Positions 10,440 through 22,209 are shown, numbered from the stretch's first letter. The stretch: DNA of 64,000 bases from Thermoanaerobaculia bacterium (GCA_963816185.1 CAWFJJ010000001.1:288001-352000), one strand, 5' to 3'. Notes: a model not told the origin generated them from the sequence alone. Numbers and translations: made by a program.

Positions 10440-11891
10440 GTTGACACGCCCCTCGCGGCGCCCGGCACGGCCGACGACCCGTCCCCGTTCCGGGCGCGCG
10501 AGCTCTTCCTGCCGGTCGGCCTCGCGCTCGTCCTGGGCGCCGTCGCGCTGAGAAGCGGTCCCCGGCTCGTGGATGACGCCTACATCACGTTCCGATACGC
10601 CCGGAACCTCGCCGAAGGCGAAGGCCTCGTCTACAACGCCGGCGAGAAGGTCCTCGGGACGTCGGCACCGCTCTTTGCCGTCCTCCTCGCGGGCCTCCAC
10701 CGGCTGACGGGCACGGCGATCCCGGCAATCGCCTTCGCACTGGGCGCTGCGTGCCTTCCGGCCTGCGCCCTCCTCGGATACCGGCTTGCACGCCGCGCCT
10801 CGAGCCCGCTGTTCGCGGCCCTCTTTGTCGCGGCCGGGCTCTCCCCGCTCGAGTCGCTCCGAGTGTTCTCCTCGGGGATGGAGACGCCCCTCTACCTTTT
10901 CGGGCTCCTCCTCGCGGTCGAGATCGCGTGCCGCGGCCGCGACGCGACCGCCTTCGCCGTCGCGGGCGCACTCGCCTTCGTTCATCCGGACGCCGTCCTG
11001 CTCCTCCCGGCGCTCGCCGTCGCGCTCCGTGTCGGGCGCGCACGGTGGCCCTGCCGCCCGCTCGCCCTCGGCCTCATTCCGGCTGCTGCCGCGACGGCTG
11101 CCCTCTGGGTCGCGTACGGCTCGCCCGTCCCTCACAGCGTGACGGCCAAGCGGCTTGCGTACACCGCGCCCTTCGGCCACTCGTTCTCTCTTCTCGCCGA
11201 TACGATCTTCGACCCGATCGTGGCGCGCGAGACGCCGGCATCTCCTCTCGTCGCCGTCCTTCTCTCCGCTGCCGCGCTCGCCCTCATTCTCTTTTTCGGA
11301 CGGGCCGCGCTCAAGGGGCTTGCGGCTCTCGCCTTCGCCGGCTTTTCGGCTCTCTACTTTTCGGCCTTCGCCGTCGCGAATCCCCTCGTCTTCGGGTGGT
11401 ATCACCCGCCCCTGACGCTCGCCTGGACGTTCGTCGTCGTCGCGTGCGCGGCGCACCTTCCGCGAGCGTGGCGCTCGGCCGCGGCAGTCCTCCTCGCGGG
11501 CTCCTTCGCGATCCACGTGGTCGCGTTCCGTCCATACGACCCGTCGGGCCGCGAGGACGTCTTCGCCCGTGCGGCGGCAGCACTCGCGCTGCGGCCGGAG
11601 GAGACCGTCGCGGCGCCCGAGATCGGCGCCCTGGGCTGGGCCACGCGCGCGCGCGTCCTCGACACGACGGGCCTCGTCTCGCCCGCCGCCCTCGCATGGC
11701 GGGGGCGACACGAGAGCGGGTTCGGCTTGATCCCGCCACGCCTCCTCCGCGAGACGGACGCGAACGCGCTCGTCACGCTCGACATCTTCCTCGCACCGTC
11801 GCTTGGCGCCGATCCGGGCGCGCTGGACCGTTGGTCGGAGGTCACGGTCTCTGGCGCCCGGTCCGTGCGCGTCTTCCGGCGGGTGCGCTGA
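10440..11891 (+). CDS. GT-C-type membrane glycosyltransferase (AftB-like); start uncertain
   Basis: DDAYITFRYARNLAEGEGLVYN, SGMETPL, EIGALGW, LDTTGLVSP motifs; multiple hydrophobic helices. Confidence 0.7.
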   Translation, partial: VDTPLAAPGTADDPSPFRARELFLPVGLALVLGAVALRSGPRLVDDAYITFRYARNLAEGEGLVYNAGEKVLGTSAPLFAVLLAGLHRLTGTAIPAIAFALGAACLPACALLGYRLARRASSPLFAALFVAAGLSPLESLRVFSSGMETPLYLFGLLLAVEIACRGRDATAFAVAGALAFVHPDAVLLLPALAVALRVGRARWPCRPLALGLIPAAAATAALWVAYGSPVPHSVTAKRLAYTAPFGHSFSLLADTIFDPIVARETPASPLVAVLLSAAALALILFFGRAALKGLAALAFAGFSALYFSAFAVANPLVFGWYHPPLTLAWTFVVVACAAHLPRAWRSAAAVLLAGSFAIHVVAFRPYDPSGREDVFARAAAALALRPEETVAAPEIGALGWATRARVLDTTGLVSPAALAWRGRHESGFGLIPPRLLRETDANALVTLDIFLAPSLGADPGALDRWSEVTVSGARSVRVFRRVR

Positions 11892-11892
11892 G

Positions 11893-12753
11893 TCAGCCCA
11901 GAGGGCGCTCGGAGCGCCCGTGTGATGCATCGAGGATCTCGATCTTCGGCGCGGGGTCCTCTGGGCGCCGATAGAAGAGCGAGTGTCCGGCGGGTGAGAA
12001 GCCCGCGGCCTCGTAGACGCGGCCGGCCCGCGCGTCGGCCGCGGACAGGAACGCGAGCGAGACGCCGCGCGAGAACGCGGCGCGAACCGCCGCGCACGAG
12101 AGGAAACCGCCGATGCCGCGCCGCCGAAACGCCTCGAGAGTCGAGACGCCGACCAGCTCCGTGAGGCCGTCGTGCGCCGGCTGAATCATCGCCGTGGCGA
12201 CCGGCTCGCCCGCAATCCGGGCGAGGAACGCGAGACCGTCGTCGAGCGTCCCGCGCAAATTGAGCGCCTGCTCGTCCGACGGCGTTCGCCCGGACGGAAG
12301 TCCGAAGGCACGACGCTGCACGTCGAGAAAGACGACGAACTCGTCGAGCGCCGTCGTGGCGTCGAGCGTCGAAACGTCGAGTCCGCTCACGGGCGGCGCG
12401 GCGCGCTCTTCCCCGCGCGGGCACACCATGAGCTGCGCCCGGTTCTCCAGAGCGAAGCCGTGCGCCTCGAGAGCCTCGGCGAGGTTCGGCGCGCACGCCT
12501 CGACGTACTCGAAGCGCGGCACGCGGCCGCGGGCCTCAAACGCCGTCTGGAGGCGCTCGAGCGGCTCGGCGAGGTCGGTCGGGACGGCGGCGGGGCCGTC
12601 GGGAATCGCATAATTGAAGTAGGGCAGCGGGTCCGTATCGTGAAAGAAGAGCGTGAACGGAGGCACCGGCACCGCCTCGTACTGGCGTCGGGCCACCGCA
12701 CGCATCTGCGCCTGGATGCGTTCGAGGAGAGCGGGCCCGGCCGGAGGGGTCAT
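11893..12753 (-). CDS. GNAT family N-acetyltransferase
   Basis: VSTLEAFRRRGIG acetyl-CoA motif; VYEAAGF. Confidence 0.85.
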   Translation of the reverse strand: MTPPAGPALLERIQAQMRAVARRQYEAVPVPPFTLFFHDTDPLPYFNYAIPDGPAAVPTDLAEPLERLQTAFEARGRVPRFEYVEACAPNLAEALEAHGFALENRAQLMVCPRGEERAAPPVSGLDVSTLDATTALDEFVVFLDVQRRAFGLPSGRTPSDEQALNLRGTLDDGLAFLARIAGEPVATAMIQPAHDGLTELVGVSTLEAFRRRGIGGFLSCAAVRAAFSRGVSLAFLSAADARAGRVYEAAGFSPAGHSLFYRRPEDPAPKIEILDASHGRSERPLG

Positions 12754-12793
12754 CGCGCCATTCTAGGGTTCGCGCTCTGCTAGCCTGTCGCGC

Positions 12794-14113
12794 ATGACGC
12801 CCAAGACGCTCGGCTTTCCCCGTTCCCTCGCTCTCTTCGCCGCGCTGGCTTTGTCCGCACCGGGCCCTCTCGGCGCGGCGGAGAAGGCTCCCGCCCCCGG
12901 CGGACCAGCGGCGGTCCTGGTCAAAGCCGGCTCCCTCGTGGACGTCGTGAACGGGACCGTGAAGAAGAACCAGGAGATCCTCATCGAGCACGGCCTGATC
13001 AAGGAGGTCGGGCCGAATCTCGTGGTCCCGGCCGGGACGCGGATCGTCGACCTTTCTCACAGGACCGTCCTCCCGGGCCTGATCGACGCGCACACGCACA
13101 TCACGAGCCAGCCCGAGGATTACTACGGGGACCGCTTCCGCCGGTCGCCGATCGACGTCGCCGTCACCGCGCACGTCTATGCGAAGCGGACTCTCGAGGC
13201 CGGATTCACGACGGCCCGGGTCGTCGGCTCGCCGGAGTACGTCGACGTGGCGCTTCGGAACGCGATCGACTCCGGCAAGGTCTCCGGGCCGCGGCTGAAG
13301 GTCGCAGGCCTGGCGATCGGATCCACGGGCGGGCACGGAGACCTGACGGGCTTCTCTCCGTACCTCCGGTTCGAGCTTTTCTCCGGCGTCGCCGACGGCG
13401 TCGACGCGGTGCGCAAGCTCGTCCGCCAGAACGTGAAGTACGGAGCGGACGTCATCAAGATGATCGCGTCGGCCGGCGTCCTCTCCGAGGAGGAGTCCGT
13501 CGGGGCGCCGCAGTACTCCCTCGAGGAGATGAAGGCGATCTGCGACGAGGCCGCGATGTGGGGCCGGAAAGTCGCCGCGCACGCGCACGGCACGGAGGCG
13601 ATCAAACGCGCGGTGGCTGCCGGCGTGGCGTCGATCGAGCACGGGAGCCTGATCGACGACGAGGGGATCCGCATGATGAAGGAGCGGGGCACGTACCTCG
13701 TGGCCGACGTCTACAACGACGACTGGATCCTCGCGGAGTTCGCGAAGATGGGCTACCCGGAGAAGATCATCGAGAAAGAACGAAGGGTCGGACTCCTCCA
13801 ACGCCAGAATTTCCAGAAAGCCGTCCGGGCCGGCGTGAAGCAGGCGTACGGTACCGACGCCGGCGTCTATCCCCACGGCATGAACGGCAAACAGTTCGCG
13901 CACATGGTGCGCTGGGGCATGACGCCGATGCAGGCGATCCAGGCGGCGACGGTGAACGCCGCCGACCTCCTCGGCTGGACGATGGTCGGTGTCATCGCGC
14001 CGGGGAGGTACGCCGACCTCGTCGCGGTCGACGGTGATCCGCTGAAGGACGTGACGCTTCTCGAGAAGATCCCTTTCGTCATGAAGGGCGGAGAGGTCGT
14101 CGTCTCGCGATGA
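12794..14113 (+). CDS. Secreted metal-dependent amidohydrolase (Xaa-Pro dipeptidase-like)
   Basis: Signal peptide; PGLIDAHTH, VAAHAHG, SIEHG, GTDAG motifs. Confidence 0.9.
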   Translation: MTPKTLGFPRSLALFAALALSAPGPLGAAEKAPAPGGPAAVLVKAGSLVDVVNGTVKKNQEILIEHGLIKEVGPNLVVPAGTRIVDLSHRTVLPGLIDAHTHITSQPEDYYGDRFRRSPIDVAVTAHVYAKRTLEAGFTTARVVGSPEYVDVALRNAIDSGKVSGPRLKVAGLAIGSTGGHGDLTGFSPYLRFELFSGVADGVDAVRKLVRQNVKYGADVIKMIASAGVLSEEESVGAPQYSLEEMKAICDEAAMWGRKVAAHAHGTEAIKRAVAAGVASIEHGSLIDDEGIRMMKERGTYLVADVYNDDWILAEFAKMGYPEKIIEKERRVGLLQRQNFQKAVRAGVKQAYGTDAGVYPHGMNGKQFAHMVRWGMTPMQAIQAATVNAADLLGWTMVGVIAPGRYADLVAVDGDPLKDVTLLEKIPFVMKGGEVVVSR

Positions 14114-16505
14114 GAGCGTTCCTCGCCCTCGCGCTCCTCGCCCTGCCTCTCGCCGCGTCGGCCGCCGAGCCGCGCTTCGAGAAGCGCGCCGTGACGGTGA
14201 ACAGCGTCGTATATCCCTATCAAGTCTTCGTGCCCGAGAGCTTCCTCAGCGCCTCGAAGCCTCCCGTCCTCCTCTTCCTCCACGGCGCCGGCGAGCGCGG
14301 CTCGGAGGGCGAGCACACGCAAGTGGGTCTCGGGCGCGCGATCCGGAAGGACCCGGCCCGCTGGCCGTTCCTCGTCGTCTTCCCGCAGTGTCCGAAAGGC
14401 TCGCAGTGGATCGGCGATCCCCAGAAGGCCGCCTTCCTCGCCCTCGAGGAGGCGCTCGTCGAGTTCCACGGCGACCGTGAGCGCGTGTCCCTGCTCGGAA
14501 TGTCGATGGGGGGCGCGGGAACCTGGTGGAGCGCGTTCCAAAGGCCGGGCGTATTCGCGGCGGTCGTGCCGATCTGCGGGTACGTCGTCTCGTCCCGCGG
14601 ATTTCCGATCCAGAGCTTCCGGCCGCCCGACATGCGCCGCGTCCTCGAGTCGGGCGATCCCTATGGAGTCATCGCCCGGGGACTCGGGAAGACGCCGGTG
14701 TGGGCGTTCCACGGCGACGCCGACGACACGATTCCCGTCACGGAGTCGCGTCGGATGGCGGAGGCTTTGCGCCTCTCGGGTGGAAACGCGACGTACACGG
14801 AATTCTCCGGCGTCGGACACGACGCGTGGGACCCGGCGTTCGCCGAGCCCGATCTCGTGCCCTGGCTGCTCGCCCAGCAGCGCGGCGCTCCCGGACGACG
14901 CCCGAAGCCGTCCACGACACCTGTGCTCTATACCGGAGCGACCGTATACCGCGCCTGGGACGCTGGCCCCGCGAAGGCCGCGATTCTCGTCGAAGGGGGC
15001 GGCGTGCGGTTCGTCGGCGCTGAACGCGAAGCGAGGGCGCTCGCGCCCGAGGCGCGTGTCGTCGATCTCGCGGGAGCGGTCGTCGTGCCCGGCCTCACCG
15101 ACGCGCACGGACACCTCCGCGGGCTCGGGGCGCTCCGGCGCGCGGTCGACCTCCGCGGCCTCTCGAAGGAGGAGATTCTCGACGCGCGTGAAGAGACCGC
15201 GCGGCGACGGCCGCCGCGGGCGAGTGGATTCGCGGGCGCGGCTGGGATCAGAACCGGTGGCCCGGGAAGACGTTTCCGACCGCCGCCGAGCTGACCGCCG
15301 TGTCGCCGCGGAATCCGGTCGTTCTCGGGCGCGTGGACGGGCATGCGATCTGGGTGAACGAGGCCGCGCTCGCCGCCGCGCACGTGACCGCGAAGACGAA
15401 CGATCCCGACGGCGGGCGCATCGAGCGCCTTTCGGACGGGCGCCCCGCGGGCGTCCTCGTGGACAACGCGACGGCCCTCGTATGGAACGCAATTCCCGAG
15501 TCCACGCCGGAGGAGATCGCGCACGACTATCGCGCCGCCTTCGAGGCCTGCGCGCGGGTCGGCCTGACGGGCGTGGGCGACGCCTCGGGCTCGAACGCGG
15601 AGGAGATCGGGATCCTTTCGACTCTCGCGCGCGAAAAGAAGATGCCGATCCGGGTCTACGCGACCGTGGGTCCGAAGAATCTCGACGAGGCGATCGCGAA
15701 GGGCCCGTTTCAGGAGGGGCGCCTCACCGTCCGCGCCGTCAAGATCTATGCGGACGGCGCTCTCGGGTCGCGCGGGGCCGCCCTTCTCGCGGATTACAGC
15801 GACGCGCCCGGCAATCGCGGCCTCGATGTGACGCCGCCCGAAGAGATCCGGCGTCTCGCCGAGAAGGCGCTCCGCGGGGGCTTTCAGGTGTGGACGCACG
15901 CGATCGGGGACCGCGCGAACCGGGAGACGCTCGATGCCTACCGAAAGGCGCTCGACGCCGTGCATCCCGCCGATCCGCGCATGCGCATCGAGCACGCGCA
16001 GGTCTTGTCGCTTCGCGACCTCCCGCGCTTCGCGAAGCTCGGTGTGATCGCGTCGGTGCAGCCGACGCATGCGACGTCGGACATGCCGTGGGTCGAATCC
16101 CGCCTCGGCCCCGGGCGGCTCGAGGGCGCCTACGCCTGGCGATCGCTCCTGAAATCCGGCGCCCGTCTCGCGGGCGGAAGCGACTTCGCCGTGGAATCCG
16201 AGAACCCCCTCCTCGGGATCTACGCGGCCGTGACGAGGCAGGACCTCTCGGGCCATCCGCCGGGCGGCTGGCGGAAGGAGGAAGCGCTCACGCGGGCCGA
16301 GGCGCTCCGGCTCTTCACGGCCGACAACGCCTATGCCGAGTTCGCCGAGACGCGGCGCGGACGGATCGCCCCCACGTTCGACGCGGACTTCACGGTCCTC
16401 GACCGCGACATCGTCTCCGAAAAGACGCCGGACTCCGAGATTCCGAAGGCGAAGGTGCGCATGACCGTCGTCGGCGGAGAGATCGTCTACCGGGCCTCGC
16501 CTTGA
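14110..16505 (+). CDS. Esterase/peptidase + YtcJ-like amidohydrolase_3 fusion (frameshift ~15200)
   Basis: N-terminal LFLHGAGERG, GMSMGG, WAFHGDAD, GHDAW; C-terminal PGLTDAHGH, KIYADGALGSRGA, HAIGD, RIEHAQ, GSDF. Confidence 0.8.
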
Positions 16506-16543
16506 TACGGCCTCTGCGAAGTCCAGGTGCGCCGAGTCTGACG

Positions 16544-19500
16544 CTATTCGAAGTAAGCGCTGACGTCCACGATCAGGTGAACCGTCGTCCCGGCGGGCTG
16601 AGTGCAGTGGATGGAGATCGCCCCGCCCGTTCCCAGGCCGAGCAGCGCGTTTCCCGCTCGCGTCCTGGTCGCGCCGTACGCGACCGTCGTGGTGTTAGGC
16701 GGGCTCATGCCGGCCGGGTAGACGTTCACCTGGCCTGCCGCGGTACTTCCCGTGACCGTGATGTTCAAAGCGACACCTTGGGCAGTCGAAGGGATTCCGC
16801 ACCTGCCGATCATTGTGAAGGTCCGCTCGGCGTTCGCATCGAGCGCCGGCCCGCCATAGGGCCCGTTCGCATTTCGTGTGTCGACCACGCGGCAAGGAGT
16901 TAGGGTGTGGGAAAGCGTGCCCATCTTGATGACGCCCGAGGCGGTGTTGTTCGTCTCGTTCGTCTCGAGGACGAGATCGTCAGCATCCGCCTTGGCGATG
17001 ACATAGGTAAGTACCGGGCGTGATTCCAGCCGGAATGACGAGGGAGGTCGATCCGGTGCTCGCGGTCCCGGCCGCCAGAGCGGGAATAGAACGGAAGCCG
17101 AGTTCGATGTCCCCGTTATCCCACGTCGTGTCGGTCGACAGGTAGAACCTGGTCGTGGAGGGGGGAGCGGCGCTCGTGCCCGTCTGGTTCATCGTCGTAT
17201 CGGTCACGGTGAACGCCAGGCCTGCCCCGCCGGTCGCCGGGACCGCGAGAGCGGAGACGATCAGATCGACGGGTGACTGGAAGGTCGCCGTGCAGGTCTT
17301 GTTGGCATTCATCGTGACGATGCCATCGGCGCAGTCCGCATCCCCGCTCCAGCCGGTGAAGAAGACGCTCGCGTCGGGCAGGGTGGCCAGGCTCACGACG
17401 GTTCCTCTGATATAGGCCATCGAGCAGGTCGCGCCGCAGTCGATCCCGAACGGACTGCCCGTGACAGTGCCCGTTCCGTTCCCGCCCTTCGTCAACGTCA
17501 ACGTAAACACCGACGGGGGAGGATTCGGCAACGGATTGAGGTAGATGAGCACGCGGCTCCGATTCCCGTCCACGACGTAGAGGTTGCCGCTCGAATCGAA
17601 CGTGGCGGCCTGCGGCCACGAGTAGAGGTCGTTCAACAGGGTGTCGGGATGCTGGCTGACGAGGGGATTCGTGTAGACGTAAGGGAAGCGCGGATTCACG
17701 TAGCTGTTTCCGCCGACCACCATCTGGCCGCTGGAGTTGAATGCCGGCTCGAAAAGGGCGGCGGGGAGCTCCTGCCAATTCGATGGCCGAAGCCGTGAAG
17801 CTGCCCCCCGTGCCGAAGACGCGGCTGGCCGGGATCGCAAAAAGAGCCGTGACCGGGGCGTCCGGGAAGAGGCTGGCGTCGTACTCGAGAAGCCGAAAGT
17901 TCCCGGAGACTTCCGCTGCGTCGTCAGCTACGTAGAGGTTGCCCTGACGATCGAGGGCGACGGCGCCCGGGTTACAAAGGCTGTCCCGGCTGGGGGCGTC
18001 CTGGAGCTCCCCACGCCCCTGGTTGCATGCGATTTCGGAAGCGCTCGTCTGGCCGAGCACGATGTCCACTACCGGTGAGGTCAGAGGATTGCGGACGCGG
18101 AAGACACGATTCCCCACCGGGTCGGCGACCCAGAGCCTGTTTCCCGCCCCGACGGGCGCCACCCCACCAATCGTGAGGTCGGTCCACGTGAGGTTGCCAC
18201 CCCCGAGAACGGGCAAGGGCGGATTGATCGTCACAGAGGGCGTGGCTCCTTTCACTAGAGGAAGTTCGTAGGCAACGATCGAGCCGGCGCGCGTCGCCCA
18301 GAGATGCGAGGCTTGATCCTCCCGGATGCGCCCAAAGTAGGGCTGCTGTTGGAGCAGAGGGTCGGTGGCGCCGACGAATCCGCTGGCCGTCTGGCCGTTC
18401 GCGAGATTGGGAGGATTGTCCCAAAAGAGGAGCCGCCCGCCGTCCGCGACGATGAGCTGGTTCCCGGCCACGGCGACGCCACTGGGAGCATAGGCGCCGG
18501 ATAACCCGACCTCGTTTGGACTCCAGAATTGGCGTGGCTTGAAGAGCCGGGCATCGGTGGAATGCGCGGCTCCGAGGGTCGGCGTCGGGATTGGCGCGGG
18601 GAAGCGCCAGAGATCGTCGTAGGCGCCGCTCGCCAGCACGTTGCCGTCGTTGTCGATGCCGATCGAGGCCCGAGACCAGAGAAGGTTCCACGAGGAGTTC
18701 ACGGCACCGCCCGGGTCCACGAAGTCGGGCCGATCGCCGACCACTCCTGCCCCGTTCGAACCGGCGACGTCCTTGTACAGCACCTTCTGCACGACTCCGC
18801 CGACGAAGAGGAGGAGCTGGTTCTTGTCCGGCTCCTGATGGCCCGAGTCGTTCACCCAGATGCCTCCCGCCGGATCCATCTCCAGACCCGTCGGATCGCT
18901 GAAGGCGTAATTGAGCTGCCGTGTGGCGTTCATGCCGGAGGAAAGTGGGGGATCGAAAATCAGGATCCGAGCGTTGATCTCGTCCGCGACGTAGACGGAC
19001 CCCGTGTTGTCCACGCGCACGGCTGCCGGATACTGCATCTGATTCAAGCCTGCGCCTTCGGAAAAGGAGCTGAAATCCGGTTGTCCGAGCACGAGGTCGG
19101 ATTGGTGGTGAGCCGATCCAGTGCCGGGGTCGTAGGGGAAGCGAAGCACCCGGTGGTCGAAGGAATCGGCGACCCAGAGGTTGTTTGCGGAATCCAACGC
19201 AACGCCCGCGGGGCTACAGAAGCTCTGGGCGTCCGGAGCCGTCTGGCCGCGACGACACAGGTTGCCCGTGAAGTCCGCCTGCCCCCAGATGTCGTCGGCG
19301 ATCGTGTCCGTCGTGAAGGGGGAGTTGTAACGCAGGACCCGATTGTTCTCGGAATCGGGCACGTAAAGGTTTCCGCTGCCGTCTACGAACATGTTCCCGA
19401 TAGGTATTGCTTCTTTGACGGAGATCGAGCTCTCCGGCAGAGTGCAGAGGGTTGCGGCGCTTGCCGGCGCTCGCAATGGAAACCTCTGAAATGCGCCCTC

Positions 19501-20223
19501 CCCATTGCAGGCTGAGCGGCCGAACGAGGGCTGGCCGAGCACGAGGTCCGCGTTTCTCCCCTCCTGGACCGCGCAGGCCGAGGCCGGACAGTCGGAATTG
19601 GACGTGCACGGCTGCCCGATCTTGGTACCGCCGGCGCAGCTTCCCAGATGACTCAGCCCCAGGATGCGGCTGTTGCCGCCATCAAAGACATAGACGCGAT
19701 TCGGCGTTGCGGACCGATCGACGATCGCGCCCGCGGGTATGAACAGGGTTCTCCCCGTGACCTCGTTTGGAACGATCTCGCCGAACTCCGGCTTGCCGAG
19801 AATGATGTCCGCCCAGAGGTCCCCTGCCGTCCCCCGAACGGGGACCCGAGGTGTCACCGTCACGACAGCCGTCTTGTTGACGCCGCCATAGGAAGCCTGG
19901 ATGGTCACTTGGGTGGAAATTGTGACCGCGCCGGTCTTCGCGACGAGAACGCCCTGCGCGACGGCCCCCGCCGAGACCCCGGTCCCCTGGACATCGACGA
20001 TGGCTGGGTCGGTGCTCGTCAAAGTCACGAACGCCGCGGGCGGGGCGGCGGCATCGAAAGCGACCGTGACCGTGAGAGGAGAGCCGCTGACGATACTCGT
20101 CGGGGTCACCGTCAGTGAGACGAGCTTGGCCGCGGCAGCAGCCGCGGGGAACAAGGCTAGAACCGCCGCGAATCCGAAGGCGCGCACTGTACGACCAAGA
20201 GCGCTGCCCACCTGAACGCGCAA
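16544..20223 (-). CDS. Large secreted NHL-repeat surface protein with InlB-B-like repeat, CARDB and C-terminal PCRxxDTR domain (frameshifts ~17780 and ~17000)
   Basis: Signal peptide; repeated ADLVLGQPxF / GNLYVxDxxNxRVL; LTLTKGGNGTGTVT..GIDCGATC; TTRFYLSTD..AGITPGTY; TLTPCRVVDTR tail. Confidence 0.8.
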
Positions 20224-20405
20224 ACGCCCTCCAAATCGATAAGAGGATCTACTACGTCAAGTGGTGGATCAAGAGGTGCAAACGCATCACAGAGCGATTC
20301 GTTGCCTAACTGCGCGCTGTCTAAGCGCTCTCTTTCCAGGGAGGTTCGGTCGTGTCACGACTGAGACGTTTCCAGGAGGAGAGAGCGTGACGACCTCTCG
20401 CCCGG

Positions 20406-21065
20406 TCACACCTGGCGCAACGATTCCGCGAGCGCCGAATGCCCGCGCTCCTCCGCGAGGTCGGCGGCGGTCTTGCCGTCGTCGGTCCGTGCCGAGACGT
20501 CGGCGCCTTTCTCGCGAAGCAGGCTGACGATCTCGACGTTTCCCTGCGCGGCGGCATTGTGAAGAGACGTCCATCCGCCCTGCTGGCGGGCGTCGGGGTG
20601 GGCGCCCTTGTCGAGCAGCTTCTTCACCGTCGCGGCGTCGCCGCGCGAAGTCGCCGCATGGAGCGGCGTGACCTTGATCGCGTTCGTGGCCGCTGCGTTC
20701 GGGTCCGCGCCCGACGCGAGGAGAAGATCCGCGAGCGCCGTGTGACCGAAGAAAACCGCGAGGCCGAGGACGGGGAATCCATCGGGTGAGACCGCTCGGG
20801 CCGCCGCGGGATCCGACGAGAGGAACGCGCGCACGGCGAGCGCGTCTCCCGCAGCGGTGGCCTCGAAGAGGTCCAGGGAACGGCCGTGCTCGCGGAACAC
20901 GTTCACGAGGCGCGCGTGCCCGCAGTAGACGGCGAAGAGCACGAACGACGAGCCGTCCGGACGGCGCGCGTTCACGAGGGCGGGATCGGCGTCGAGGAGC
21001 GCCCCGACGGCATCGGCATCGCCCTTTCGGACGGCGGCGGCAAGGGCTTCGTGCGCGTCGCTCAA
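20406..21065 (-). CDS. Ankyrin-repeat protein
   Basis: TTG start after GAGG; TPLHAA, LLDKGAHPDARQQGGWTSLHNAA repeats. Confidence 0.85.
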   Translation of the reverse strand: MSDAHEALAAAVRKGDADAVGALLDADPALVNARRPDGSSFVLFAVYCGHARLVNVFREHGRSLDLFEATAAGDALAVRAFLSSDPAAARAVSPDGFPVLGLAVFFGHTALADLLLASGADPNAAATNAIKVTPLHAATSRGDAATVKKLLDKGAHPDARQQGGWTSLHNAAAQGNVEIVSLLREKGADVSARTDDGKTAADLAEERGHSALAESLRQV

Positions 21066-21073
21066 AGCTTTCC

Positions 21074-21313
21074 TCAGGTCGAAGGTGGAGGGGTCCCTTC
21101 GGCGGGCGGAGCCGCGACGGCGGGTTTCGGGGCCGGAGGCGCGGCTGCCGGACCTGGAGATGCCGGCGCCGGAGCGGGGGGCTCGCCGTTCGGGAACGCC
21201 TCCGCGTTGCAGAAGTAGCATTTCACCTTCGGCTGAGTTGCGGCTTCCGGTACCCAGTAGAAGAAGCACTTCCCGCACGTAGGACACGTGAACAACTGCC
21301 TTCCGCCCTTCAT
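21074..21313 (-). CDS. Small zinc-ribbon protein with Pro/Ala tail
   Basis: MKGGRQLFTCPTCGKCFF...VKCYFC; ATGA overlap with the upstream stop. Confidence 0.65.
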   Translation of the reverse strand: MKGGRQLFTCPTCGKCFFYWVPEAATQPKVKCYFCNAEAFPNGEPPAPAPASPGPAAAPPAPKPAVAAPPAEGTPPPST

Positions 21314-22209
21314 CGTGAGGGAGGATACGCGCCCGGAAGCTTTCGTGCGCTCCGGAGGACGAGAAGGACGAGAAGAACGGCCAGGGTGACGGTGGAGAGC
21401 GCCGAGCCTTCGGGGCCGAAGGCTCCTCCGCTCAGGGCCGGCAGGCCCGCGCCGTGGATTCCTGTTTCGAGGGCTGGCCTTCCCATCATCATCCCGCTCA
21501 CGGGGAGAGCGAGGGCGGCGAGACTGAAATTCCAGACCGCGTGGAACGCCCACGGGCCGAGGAGGCCGCCGGTGCTCCAATAGAGCCAGCCCAGCAGGGC
21601 GCCCGCAAGACCAATGTTGACGAGCGCGAGGGGCGTCACGTTCGGGTTCATCGCGTGCATCGAGGCGAACGCCCCGGACTGGCCCGCGTTCGCGAGTAGC
21701 CCGCAAAAGAGCCAGCGCCGCGCGGCGGCGCGCTCCCGAAGGGGCTCGCTCATTCCCGAAAGCTTGCCGAAGAGGAGGCGCGCAAGAAGAAGGAGCAGAG
21801 CCGCGAGGAGCGTGAGGAGGAAGGCGCGGAAAAGAAGCTCTTCGGCCAGGCTCTGCAGCACGAAAAAACCGAAGGAGGCGGGAGCCGACGCGAGCGACGG
21901 CGGACCGGGGGCAGGAGCGAACGGCGCGTAGCCGGGGGCTCGAGGCCCGAACGCTCCCAACAGGGCGGCCGGCAGCAGGACCGCCGTCAGGAGGGCCGCG
22001 GCGGCCGCGAGCCCTGAGGCGATCCCGCGCGCGAAAGGCTCGCGTGGCTCGCGGATGGAAGCTCCGAGCCGCGCGAGGAGGCCGAAGCGGAGAACGGCGA
22101 GGCCGGCGAGGCCGAGCGGAAGGGCGAGGAAGAGGCCCGACGCGAGGCGCGCGTCGAGCCAGTTTCCCATCGCCCCCGGCACCGGTGACGCGAGGGCCGC
22201 CAGGATCAC
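21310..22209 (-). CDS. CPBP (Abi/CAAX) intramembrane glutamic metalloprotease
   Basis: EELLFRA, FASMH, HAVWN motifs; GGAFGPEGS; GTGA overlap with the upstream stop. Confidence 0.85.
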   Translation of the reverse strand: MILAALASPVPGAMGNWLDARLASGLFLALPLGLAGLAVLRFGLLARLGASIREPREPFARGIASGLAAAAALLTAVLLPAALLGAFGPRAPGYAPFAPAPGPPSLASAPASFGFFVLQSLAEELLFRAFLLTLLAALLLLLARLLFGKLSGMSEPLRERAAARRWLFCGLLANAGQSGAFASMHAMNPNVTPLALVNIGLAGALLGWLYWSTGGLLGPWAFHAVWNFSLAALALPVSGMMMGRPALETGIHGAGLPALSGGAFGPEGSALSTVTLAVLLVLLVLRSARKLPGAYPPSR

